NCBI GenBank assembly: GCA_036722335.1 | Contig: DAIMJI010000001.1 | Span: 1-59,914, forward strand | DNA: 59,914 bases | Source of the DNA: Synergistales bacterium | GTDB lineage: Bacteria > Synergistota > Synergistia > Synergistales > 79-D21 | Direction of reading: 5' to 3' | Shown here: positions 9,762 through 18,251 of the stretch, in pieces | Position numbering within the stretch: position 1 is the first letter of the stretch | Layout: each line of letters begins with the position of its first letter | Notes under the pieces: model-generated | The model's database searches: none | Seen by the model: the letters and a program-made list of their open reading frames with translations, nothing else | What the model was told of the DNA's origin: nothing | Position numbers and translations under genes: made by a program

Positions 9762-10936
9762 CCGCGCTTGGCCCCTTTACACCCAGGGAAATCGCCGTCA
9801 TCGGTGCAACCGGAAGTGTTGGCGGGGCAGCGCTCGACATTTGCAGGAAACATCCGGACCGGTTCAGCGTCACCGCCCTGGCCGGCCACGAAAACGTTTC
9901 CAGGATGGCTGCCCTGGCTGCCGAGTTTAACCCAAGGCTGGTGGCGATGGTTGATCCTGCTGCCGCCCGCAGGCTGGAAACGCTTGTTCCCGGAAACACT
10001 CTCGTCCTCTCCGGCAAAGGTTCGCTGGAAGAAATCGCGCTTCATCCCGATTCAGGTCATCTCGTTTTCGCTTCTTCAGGAACTGATGCCATTCCCTCCT
10101 TGATGTCTGCGCTCTCCGCAGGAAAAACCGTTTCCCTGGCCAACAAGGAAAGCCTAGTCATTGCGGGCCCCTGGGTCATGCCCCTCGTTTCTGGGAAAGA
10201 GCAGCTGCGGCCGCTCGACAGCGAACATAACGCAATATGGCAATGCATCGCCGGAGAACCGGAAAAGGGCATCAGGGAGATCGTTTTGACCGCCTCGGGC
10301 GGCCCTTTCAGGTCGATGGAACCCCTGGCACTCGAGAAGGTGACGCCGGGAATGGCACTCAGGCATCCGGTATGGGCAATGGGATCAAAGATCACGATAG
10401 ACAGTGCCACGCTCATGAACAAGGGCCTGGAAATCCTGGAAGCCATGCAATTGTTCAATCTCCCTGCCGAAAAGGTCAAGGCTCTCGTCCATCCCCAATC
10501 GATCGTGCATGGGATGGTCCTTTTTTCGGACTGCACGATGAAATGGCTTCTTTCCCGCCCCGACATGAGAATTCCGGCAGCTGTGGCCCTGGCATACCCC
10601 GATAGGCTCGAGATACAGGACAGGACACTGGAATTCCCCCCCGTTGAGGGCCTTTCGCTGTCATTCGAGCAACCGGATCTTCTCCGTTTCGAGTGCCTTG
10701 CCCTCGCCCTTGACGCGGCCCGGGAGGGAGGAGGAGCTCCCGCGGCGCTTGTCGGAGCGGACGAAGTCGCCGTGAAGGCTTTCCTCGAAGAGCGTATCTC
10801 TTTCAACGGAATCCCGAGGCTCATAAGAAGCGTCCTCGAGTCTCTCTCCGGCCCGCGACCGGATTCCCCGGAAGAAGCTATCGCTTTAATGGACTGGGCC
10901 AGGCGCAAAGCCCTGGAACTTTTGCCACGACAATAA
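9758..10936 (+). CDS. dxr: 1-deoxy-D-xylulose-5-phosphate reductoisomerase
   Basis: GATGSVG, LANKES, DSEHNAI, KITIDSATLMNKGLE. TTG start overlaps the cdsA stop. Confidence 0.93.
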   Translation: MTALGPFTPREIAVIGATGSVGGAALDICRKHPDRFSVTALAGHENVSRMAALAAEFNPRLVAMVDPAAARRLETLVPGNTLVLSGKGSLEEIALHPDSGHLVFASSGTDAIPSLMSALSAGKTVSLANKESLVIAGPWVMPLVSGKEQLRPLDSEHNAIWQCIAGEPEKGIREIVLTASGGPFRSMEPLALEKVTPGMALRHPVWAMGSKITIDSATLMNKGLEILEAMQLFNLPAEKVKALVHPQSIVHGMVLFSDCTMKWLLSRPDMRIPAAVALAYPDRLEIQDRTLEFPPVEGLSLSFEQPDLLRFECLALALDAAREGGGAPAALVGADEVAVKAFLEERISFNGIPRLIRSVLESLSGPRPDSPEEAIALMDWARRKALELLPRQ

Positions 10937-10956
10937 TTCTCAAGGAGGTCACACCC

Positions 10957-11994
10957 TTGGTCGTAAGCCTTCTTTCATTCCTGCTCGTCATCGGAATCAG
11001 CGTCATCATCCACGAACTGGGCCATTTCCTGTTTTCCATCCGGTTCGGCGTGAAGGTCTACGAGTTCGCCTTCGGGATGGGCCCAGCCTTGCTGCAGAAA
11101 AGGCGAGGGGAAACCGTCTACTCCCTGCGGGCTTTCCCCATAGGCGGATTCGTCCGCCTTGCGGGCATGGAGGAGGAGCAGGAAGGGGAGAGCGCGCCCC
11201 CTGAAAGGACATACCCCTTCAAGACTCCTTCACAACGTTTCGCCATCCTTGCCGGAGGTCCCCTTTTCAACATCCTCCTGGCGATCGTCCTGACAACGGC
11301 GCTTTTGACCTTCAACGGCATCCTGGACCTCCAAAGCGCCACGGTCGGTTCGACCATGTCAGGCTACCCGGCGGAACGAATCGGCCTCATGACGGGAGAC
11401 CGCATCGTTTCGATAAACGGCAAGACCGTGACGACCTGGGATTCAATGTCCTCAACGCTGAGGCAGGCAGCCCCGGCCGGCCCTATCGAGCTTGTGGTGG
11501 ACCGAAACGGCGAAAAGAAGACCTTTTCCGTCCTGGTCGAAAAGGACAGCCGCTACGGGGTCCCCCTGCTAGGCATCAGGCCGCGCAACCTCAGGTATTC
11601 GCTTCCCGAGGCCCTGTTCAGGTCGGTGGGAACAGCCTGGGAAATGACGGTCTCTATCCTGAAGGGGCTGTGGACCTGGGCCTTCGGAAGGCAGGATGTC
11701 GAATTCGCAGGCCCTGTGGGCATCGCTTCGATGGCGGGAGATGCGGCCAGGCAGGGATGGTGGTCCTTCATATCATTCCTTGCCGTAATCAACCTGAACC
11801 TCGGGATCCTCAACCTCTTTCCATTCCCCGCGCTGGACGGGGGCCGACTCTCGTTCCTGGTCGGTGAAATGCTGACGGGACGCCGTCTCCCCGCGAAGTG
11901 GGAAAACCTTATACACCTTGCCGGCTTCGCCCTGTTGATCGCCCTTATCCTTTTCGTGACCTGGAAGGATATCCTTCGCCTCGTTCGCCCCTAG
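10957..11994 (+). CDS. rseP: RIP metalloprotease RseP
   Basis: HELGH zinc motif, PDZ-like middle region, NLFPFPALDGG. Confidence 0.93.
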   Translation: MVVSLLSFLLVIGISVIIHELGHFLFSIRFGVKVYEFAFGMGPALLQKRRGETVYSLRAFPIGGFVRLAGMEEEQEGESAPPERTYPFKTPSQRFAILAGGPLFNILLAIVLTTALLTFNGILDLQSATVGSTMSGYPAERIGLMTGDRIVSINGKTVTTWDSMSSTLRQAAPAGPIELVVDRNGEKKTFSVLVEKDSRYGVPLLGIRPRNLRYSLPEALFRSVGTAWEMTVSILKGLWTWAFGRQDVEFAGPVGIASMAGDAARQGWWSFISFLAVINLNLGILNLFPFPALDGGRLSFLVGEMLTGRRLPAKWENLIHLAGFALLIALILFVTWKDILRLVRP

Positions 11995-12014
11995 GGCCAA
12001 GGGAGAACACAGCC

Positions 12015-13061
12015 ATGTCGGCCAGATCCGTTACTGTAAGAGGTCTCGAGATTGGCGGGGGCAGCCCGGTCCGGGTCGAAAGCATGCTCAAGACCCCGCT
12101 TGATGATCGGCAGGGATGCTCCAGGGAGTTGCAAGGACTTGCCCAGGCAGGGTGTGAATTGGTTCGCGTCGCCTTTCCGTCGCCTTCAAATTTCGAGGAC
12201 CTCGCGGCCCTCATCTCAGACGCGGAAATCCCCATCATGGCGGACATCCATTTCGACCCCGATCTCGCCTTGCTGAGCCTCAAGGCAGGAGCGCACGCAA
12301 TCCGCATCAATCCCGGCAACATGGGAAGCCCGGAGCGCCTTTCCCAAATTTTGGAAACGGCTTCCGAGAGGAAAGCGGTTGTCCGAATTGGCGCAAACTG
12401 CGGATCCCTTTCGGGGAGTCAAGTGGCAAAGGCAAACGGAGACAGGGCTCTCGCCCTGGTCGGCGCCGTCGAGGAACAGCTTGTTTTCCTCAAAAAAAGC
12501 GGTTTCGACAACATCATCCTCTCGGCGAAATCCACCTCGATCCGTGAAACAGTCCGGGCCAACTTCCTTCTTTCCGAACGGTATCCTTATCCCCTGCACA
12601 TAGGCATCACGGAAGCGGGGCCTGGAGTGAGGGGGTTGGTAAAAAACGCTGCGGGAATAGGCATCCTCCTCAACCAGGGTATAGGCGACACGATCCGCGT
12701 CAGCCTGACCGGGCCTTCGATCAGCGAGGTCGAGGCGGGCTATTCCATACTCAATGCCCTGGAAATCCGCAGAAAAGGGTATAACCTCATCTCCTGCCCG
12801 ACATGCGGCCGGAAGAGAATCGACGTGGAAATGCTGGTCAATAGGCTCCTGCCGAGTTTTTCCCCCCTTCCCGACGGTTTCACGGTCGCGGTCATGGGAT
12901 GCGAAGTGAACGGCCCCAGGGAAGCCGCCCATGCAGACCTCGGGATTTCCGGCGCCCCTGGCGGGTTCGTCCTTTTCTCCAAGGGCAGGGTTGTCGCCAA
13001 GGCCCGGACTGAAGACCTTGAGGAAGTCATGAAATCCGCCCTGCGCGAAATTCTGGAATAA
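12015..13061 (+). CDS. ispG: (E)-4-hydroxy-3-methylbut-2-enyl-diphosphate synthase
   Basis: ADIHF, RINPGN, RIGANCGSL, HIGITEAG, CPTCGR, MGCEVNGPRE. ATG at 12015. Confidence 0.93.
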   Translation: MSARSVTVRGLEIGGGSPVRVESMLKTPLDDRQGCSRELQGLAQAGCELVRVAFPSPSNFEDLAALISDAEIPIMADIHFDPDLALLSLKAGAHAIRINPGNMGSPERLSQILETASERKAVVRIGANCGSLSGSQVAKANGDRALALVGAVEEQLVFLKKSGFDNIILSAKSTSIRETVRANFLLSERYPYPLHIGITEAGPGVRGLVKNAAGIGILLNQGIGDTIRVSLTGPSISEVEAGYSILNALEIRRKGYNLISCPTCGRKRIDVEMLVNRLLPSFSPLPDGFTVAVMGCEVNGPREAAHADLGISGAPGGFVLFSKGRVVAKARTEDLEEVMKSALREILE

Positions 13062-13145
13062 CCAATCTTAAGGTTTTGCCACGACTTCTCCCCTTAACAT
13101 AAACCTTGCTAAGGGAATACAACCTTTTTTTCTTCCGCCTATTGA

Positions 13146-13173
13146 TTGACAGAGGGGGGGGGACCGTTATAAT
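13146..13173 (+). promoter_or_regulatory. Consensus sigma70 promoter TTGACA-N16-TATAAT with a G9 tract in the spacer
   Basis: TTGACA at 13146-13151, TATAAT at 13168-13173, G run at 13154-13162. Confidence 0.85.
13154..13162. repeat. Homopolymer G9
   Basis: Nine consecutive G, read directly from the sequence. Confidence 0.9.
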
Positions 13174-13232
13174 GAGTTTCGCCCCTGTCCCGAGGCCAAA
13201 ACGGGATCAAATGCCTGTGAAGGAGGACCCCC

Positions 13233-13715
13233 ATGATGATTGAAACACCAGAACTGTACACCCTGGTCGTGGGAAAAGGAGAAGGAGAAAAAAAGCTGAC
13301 CGCTTTCGATGCGGCGCTCCTGGAGGCCGGTGTAGGCAACATGAATCTCCTGAGGGTATCAAGCGTGCTGCCGCCGCGATGCCAGTTCGTTCCAAGAATG
13401 GATATGCCTTTCGGCAGCCTTTTGCCGATTGCTTACGGGTCCATCTCCAGTGACGTCCCAGGTGAGAGGATAGCCGCCGCGATAGGAGTGGGAGTCCCGG
13501 AAGATCCGGCAAGTTTTGGAATGATCATGGAATATTCCGGTTTCTGTTCCGCCGATGAAGCCGCCCGCAAGGTGGAGGAAATGGTTCGCGAAGCCTTCGA
13601 GATGAGGAAGCTTTCCCTCAAGGAAGTCAAGGTGAAGGCTGTTGACCACGTTGTGGAGCAGTGCGGCAGCGTTTTTGCGGGCTGCCCGCTTTTCTACCGG
13701 CAGGAAGGAGAATAA
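13233..13715 (+). CDS. pdaD: Pyruvoyl-dependent arginine decarboxylase
   Basis: TAFDAALLEAGVGNMNLLRVSSVLPP with the Ser-Ser autocleavage site; GMIMEYSG. Confidence 0.9.
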   Translation: MMIETPELYTLVVGKGEGEKKLTAFDAALLEAGVGNMNLLRVSSVLPPRCQFVPRMDMPFGSLLPIAYGSISSDVPGERIAAAIGVGVPEDPASFGMIMEYSGFCSADEAARKVEEMVREAFEMRKLSLKEVKVKAVDHVVEQCGSVFAGCPLFYRQEGE

Positions 13716-13723
13716 CCTCTTTC

Positions 13724-14581
13724 ATGGAACCGATGGCACGGCGTGAAACGGACCTGTGGTTTACGGAGTACCAAACCCCGGATATGAGGCTGGGGCTCAG
13801 GATCAGCGACATCCTGCTCAACGTCCAGACCCCCTTCCAGCATTTGCTGGTCGTGGAAACGGAGCAGTACGGTAATCTCATGGCTCTTGACGGGGCCATC
13901 ATGGTCACTGAGAAGGACGAATTCACCTATCACGAGATGATGAGCCATATCGCGATGTGCTCCCATCCCGCACCACGCCGGGTTCTAGTCGTCGGCGGGG
14001 GAGACGGCGGCATCGTCAGGGAACTTGTCAGGTACGAAATCCTCGAGAAGGCGACACTCGTCGACATCGACGAACAGGTTATCGAAGCTTCCCGAAGGTT
14101 TTTCCCTTCGATCAGCAGCGCCCTGGATCACCCGAAAGTCGAGGTCCGTCCGATGGACGCCCTTGTCTACATCAAGGACCACCAGGACGAGTTTGACGTC
14201 ATCATCGTGGACAGCACGGATCCGGTCGATTTCGCCGCAGGGCTTTTTGAAGAAGCCTTTTTCCGGGATGTCCACAAGGCTTTGCGCAAGGACGGAATGG
14301 TGGTTTCACAAACGGAGTCCCCGATGGGACACCCCGATATCCTAAGGACAGCGTACCGGGAAATGAAAAAAGTCTTCCCCGTCGTCGAACTTTGCTGGGG
14401 AATCATGCCGACCTACCCGACCGGCTCCTGGACATACACGATCGCCTCGAAACTCCACGATCCCCGAAAGCCCTTGCGACAGGCGCCAAAGGGGACCCGT
14501 TACTATTCTTCAAGGATCCACGAGGCGTGCTTCGTCCTGCCCCCATTCCTCGAAGGAATCCTCCAGGAAGGACAAGAATAG
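13724..14581 (+). CDS. speE: Polyamine aminopropyltransferase
   Basis: WFTE, LDG, DEFTYHEM, VVGGGDGG, VDIDE, DSTDP. Start 13724 or 13733. Confidence 0.92.
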   Translation: MEPMARRETDLWFTEYQTPDMRLGLRISDILLNVQTPFQHLLVVETEQYGNLMALDGAIMVTEKDEFTYHEMMSHIAMCSHPAPRRVLVVGGGDGGIVRELVRYEILEKATLVDIDEQVIEASRRFFPSISSALDHPKVEVRPMDALVYIKDHQDEFDVIIVDSTDPVDFAAGLFEEAFFRDVHKALRKDGMVVSQTESPMGHPDILRTAYREMKKVFPVVELCWGIMPTYPTGSWTYTIASKLHDPRKPLRQAPKGTRYYSSRIHEACFVLPPFLEGILQEGQE

Positions 14582-14583
14582 GC

Positions 14584-15426
14584 GTGACCCGCTTTATCTG
14601 CAGTTCCCCGAGACTGGAAGAATCGAAGTGGGTCCTCCTTGGGATTCCAATGGATTTCACCGTCTCCCGGAAAGCAGGAAGCAGATTCGGCCCGGAATCT
14701 ATCCGGGCCGAATCCCATAACCTGGAAACCTATAGCCCCTCGCTTGGCCTTGACCTTTCAGAAGTCTCCTTCTACGACCTCGAGGACATCAGTTTCCCTT
14801 ACGGGGATGTCCGGTCAGCCCTCGAGACGATCGAACTCGTTTCGAAGCGCTTTTTCACGCGCGGAAGGCGTCTCTGCAGCCTGGGTGGAGAGCACCTGGT
14901 ATCCTTGCCACTGATCAAGTCCGCTTCTTCCGTCTGGCCGGACCTTAGGGTCATCCATTTCGACGCTCACGCGGACCTTCGCACATGCCTTCGCGGGGGG
15001 ACCCTGAGCCATTCGTCCGTCATGCGCCATGTCGCGACCTCCTGCCTTGGCGAAACAGGAAGGCTTTACCAATTCGGGATCAGATCCGGCTGCGCGGAGG
15101 AAATGGAGTGGGGCAGGCAAAACACGAACCTCTTCCCCTTCGATGTACTCGAACCCCTAAACCGTTGCCTCGAAGAAATCAGGAGCTATCCGGTCTACCT
15201 TTCAATCGACATCGATGTCGTCGATCCCTCGGGAGCCCCTGGAACCGGAACCCCCGAAGCCGGGGGAATTTCCTCGAGGGAACTCCTTGAAGCCCTTCAC
15301 AGCCTTAAAGGACTCGACATTGTCGGGTTCGACGTGGTCGAGGTTGCCCCGGACCTCGACGTGAACAATATCACGTCAGCCCTGGCCGCGAAATGCGTGA
15401 GGGAACTCCTGATCCAGCTGAACTAG
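14584..15426 (+). CDS. speB: Agmatinase / ureohydrolase
   Basis: GSRFGP, GGEHL, HFDAHAD, SIDIDVVDP..APGTG, DVVEVAP. GTG start. Confidence 0.9.
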   Translation: MTRFICSSPRLEESKWVLLGIPMDFTVSRKAGSRFGPESIRAESHNLETYSPSLGLDLSEVSFYDLEDISFPYGDVRSALETIELVSKRFFTRGRRLCSLGGEHLVSLPLIKSASSVWPDLRVIHFDAHADLRTCLRGGTLSHSSVMRHVATSCLGETGRLYQFGIRSGCAEEMEWGRQNTNLFPFDVLEPLNRCLEEIRSYPVYLSIDIDVVDPSGAPGTGTPEAGGISSRELLEALHSLKGLDIVGFDVVEVAPDLDVNNITSALAAKCVRELLIQLN

Positions 15427-15450
15427 CCCGTTTCTTGTTTGATCCCTTTG

Positions 15451-15459
15451 TGCTATAAA
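15451..15459 (+). promoter_or_regulatory. Candidate extended -10 promoter (TGcTATAAA) for arcA-argF
   Basis: TG-n-TATAAA in the AT-rich gap about 50 nt before arcA. Confidence 0.5.
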
Positions 15460-15511
15460 TGTCTTATCCTGAACCGCAAGCTCTCTCTGGTTCATTTTAA
15501 AGGAGGAGACC

Positions 15512-16753
15512 ATGGGCAACGGGACCAGCGGTTTTTTTGTGTCTTCGGAAGTCGGGCGACTGAAGCGCGTGATGCTCCATCGGCCTGGTAAGGAATTGGA
15601 AAGGCTCACGATCGACAACAAGGACGAGCTCCTGTTCGACGATATCCTTTGGGTCGAGGAAGCGCAGAAGGAACACGACGCGTACGCGGACCTCCTCCGG
15701 GACAATGGCGTGGAGGTTGTTTATTTCCGGAATTGCCTGGCTCATGTCCTGAGGGAAGAGGAAATCCGTTCCATGCTGCTCGATGAGGTTCTGGCCTGGG
15801 AAGCCCTGGATTACCCTCTTTCGTGCGCCCTCAAGGCCGAGATGATGGAAGTGCCTTCTCCCGAACTGGCGGAAATCCTCACCGGGGGAATCACCAAGGG
15901 GGAAGCCCAAAAACTCCTGGGCAACTGCCAAAGCCTGGTACTGAACACGCTCGCGAGCCATGAACTGCTGATACGCCCCCTTCCCAACCTCTACTTCCAG
16001 AGAGATCCCTATTCCTTTGTCAAGAACGGGGTCATCATCAGCGTGATGAGCTTCGACGCCAGGCAGAGGGAACCCATATATGCCCGCTACATCTTCAAGT
16101 ACCATCCCTATTTCAAGGACGTGAAGATCTACTTCGGCGAGGACCGGCTCGACAGCATTCCCTACTGCATCGAGGGCGGTGATTTCCATGTCTTTTCCGA
16201 GGACACGGTTGCCATAGGAATCAGCCAGCGCACAAACGCCGGTGCCGTCCAGATCGTTGGCCGAAGGCTCGCCAAGGAAGCCGGGATCAGGACCGTACTG
16301 GCGGTCGATATCCCGAAGCATCGATCCTACATGCACCTGGACACGGTTTTTACCATGGTCGACTGGGACGCCTTCACCATCTTCCCAGGCGTGGAGGACA
16401 GGATCCGGGTCTGGGAACTCGGCTACGACGAAGATGGGAACCTCGTCCGCATCGATGAAAGCCGGAACCTGGTGGATACCCTCAAGAGGTCTCTCCACCT
16501 CGACCAGGTTCGCCTCATCGAGACCGGGGGAGGAGATCCCGTCCTGGCTGCACGTGACCAGTGGAATGACGGCACGAACACGTTCTCGATCGCTCCCGGG
16601 GTTGTTGTCACATACCGCCGCAATGTCGTTTCCAACACCGTGTTGCGGGAAAACGGGATCAAGGTTTACGAAATCCGAGGTGCGGAGCTGGGAAGAGGGC
16701 GTGGCGGCCCAAGATGCATGAGCATGCCGCTCGAGAGGGAACCACGCGCGTAA
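15512..16753 (+). CDS. arcA: Arginine deiminase
   Basis: SEVGRLKRVMLHRPG, LLFDD, PNLYFQRD, IEGGD, MHLDTV, ELGRGRGGPRCMSMP (catalytic Cys). Confidence 0.95.
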   Translation: MGNGTSGFFVSSEVGRLKRVMLHRPGKELERLTIDNKDELLFDDILWVEEAQKEHDAYADLLRDNGVEVVYFRNCLAHVLREEEIRSMLLDEVLAWEALDYPLSCALKAEMMEVPSPELAEILTGGITKGEAQKLLGNCQSLVLNTLASHELLIRPLPNLYFQRDPYSFVKNGVIISVMSFDARQREPIYARYIFKYHPYFKDVKIYFGEDRLDSIPYCIEGGDFHVFSEDTVAIGISQRTNAGAVQIVGRRLAKEAGIRTVLAVDIPKHRSYMHLDTVFTMVDWDAFTIFPGVEDRIRVWELGYDEDGNLVRIDESRNLVDTLKRSLHLDQVRLIETGGGDPVLAARDQWNDGTNTFSIAPGVVVTYRRNVVSNTVLRENGIKVYEIRGAELGRGRGGPRCMSMPLEREPRA

Positions 16754-16786
16754 GCCATAATTCAAAATAGCAGAGGAGGAAGAAAA

Positions 16787-17731
16787 ATGCCCGTGAACCT
16801 GAAAGGACGCAGTTTTCTTACGTTGAAGGATTTCACCCCGGAGGAGATCGGATTTCTCCTGCAGCTTTCCATGGACCTGAAAACCAAGAAGCGCATGGGA
16901 ATAAAGGGGAATTCCCTTGCAGGCAAGAATATCGCCCTTATCTTCGAAAAACCGTCCACCCGGACGCGATGCGCCTTTACCGTGGCTTGCGTCGACGAGG
17001 GAGCACACCCCGAGTACCTCGGCAAGAACGACATCCAGCTCGGCCACAAGGAAGACGTCAAGGACACGGCCCGGGTCCTAGGCCGCATGTTCGACGGAAT
17101 CGAATTCCGGGGCTTCAAGCAGAGCGTCGTGGAAGAGTTGGCCTGCTACAGCGGCGTCCCGGTATGGAACGGGTTGACCGATGCCTACCACCCGACCCAG
17201 ATTCTCGCCGACTTCCTGACGATACAGGAAAACTTCGGACGCCTTAAGGGTATTCGCCTGGTCTACTGCGGGGATGGCCGAAACAACATGGCCAACTCCC
17301 TTATGATCGGATCTGCCAAAATGGGACTCCATTTCGCCATCGCCGCTCCCAAGTCCCTTTGGCCGGAATCCGAGCTCGTCGCGACCTGCAAGGCCATCGC
17401 GGCCGAAACCGGAGCCACCATCGAGTTTACGGAAGATGCCATGGCTGCAGTAAAGGGCGCCGACGCAATCTATACCGATGTCTGGGCTTCAATGGGGGAA
17501 GAGGACAAGATGGCCGAACGGGTAGCCCTCCTTTCTCCCTACCAGGTCAATGCCGGCCTCATGGCGGCAACCGGCAAGGAGGAATCGATCTTCCTGCATT
17601 GCCTGCCCGCGGTGAAGGGAAAGGAAGTCACCGAAGACGTTTTCGAGTCGAGGAATTCAAAAGTCTTTGACGAGGCGGAGAACCGCCTGCACACAATCAA
17701 GGCCGTAATGGTCGCCACCCTGGGGAACTGA
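16787..17731 (+). CDS. argF: Ornithine carbamoyltransferase, likely catabolic (ArcB)
   Basis: KPSTRTR, WNGLTD..HPTQ, SMG loop, HCLP, AENRLH. Confidence 0.92.
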   Translation: MPVNLKGRSFLTLKDFTPEEIGFLLQLSMDLKTKKRMGIKGNSLAGKNIALIFEKPSTRTRCAFTVACVDEGAHPEYLGKNDIQLGHKEDVKDTARVLGRMFDGIEFRGFKQSVVEELACYSGVPVWNGLTDAYHPTQILADFLTIQENFGRLKGIRLVYCGDGRNNMANSLMIGSAKMGLHFAIAAPKSLWPESELVATCKAIAAETGATIEFTEDAMAAVKGADAIYTDVWASMGEEDKMAERVALLSPYQVNAGLMAATGKEESIFLHCLPAVKGKEVTEDVFESRNSKVFDEAENRLHTIKAVMVATLGN

Positions 17732-17743
17732 CCCTCAAAAGCG

Positions 17744-17777
17744 AGGAAAGGGACCGCCCGCGGGCGGTCCCTTTCCT
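17744..17777. terminator. Perfect 34-bp palindrome; bidirectional terminator between convergent argF and nikR
   Basis: AGGAAAGGGACCGCCCG|CGGGCGGTCCCTTTCCT; 17-nt arms are exact reverse complements. Confidence 0.8.
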
Positions 17778-17803
17778 TTCGGGCACCTACGGACGGGACT
17801 GGT

Positions 17804-18211
17804 TCAGATAGGAGGCAGGAGGCTCGGAAGCCCCACCTTGATGCACCCGAGGGAAGAGGCCGCTTCCACGAAGCGATGGATATCCCGGGTCGACCCCTTC
17901 AGCAAGACCACTTCCATGCAGGTATGATGGTCGATATGGACATGGGTCGTACAGACGATCGATTCACCGAAATCGTGCTGCAGGCGAGTGATCTCACGAC
18001 TTGAATCCCTGCTGTGGTGATCATAGGAAAAAGTGAAGGTTCCATAGGTCTCGCCTTCCTGGCCTTCCCACATTGCCTGCCCGATATAGTCCCTGATGAT
18101 CTGCCTAAGCGCATCGGAACGGTTTTTCAAATTTTTTTCCTCGATCCACCGGTCAAATTCCCTGACCAGTGATTCGGGCATCGAGACGCTGAAACGGACC
18201 ATTTCCTCCAT
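17804..18211 (-). CDS. nikR: Nickel-responsive transcriptional regulator NikR family
   Basis: RFSVSMP...NRSDALR ribbon-helix-helix; YDHH, THVH, TCMEV metal ligands. ATG at 18211 with GGAGGTG RBS. Confidence 0.9.
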   Translation of the reverse strand: MEEMVRFSVSMPESLVREFDRWIEEKNLKNRSDALRQIIRDYIGQAMWEGQEGETYGTFTFSYDHHSRDSSREITRLQHDFGESIVCTTHVHIDHHTCMEVVLLKGSTRDIHRFVEAASSLGCIKVGLPSLLPPI

Positions 18212-18251
18212 CGCGGTTGCACCTCCGTATCCAGGAAAGGAGAGGAATTCC

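Noticed and set aside
15497-17047. 516-aa antisense ORF opposite arcA/argF
   Set aside because: Same shadow-ORF effect in high-GC3 genes; no motifs or RBS support.
17744-17777. 34-bp perfect palindrome as a REP/MITE or CRISPR repeat
   Set aside because: I saw only one copy, with no spacers or target duplication; its position between convergent genes fits a terminator.
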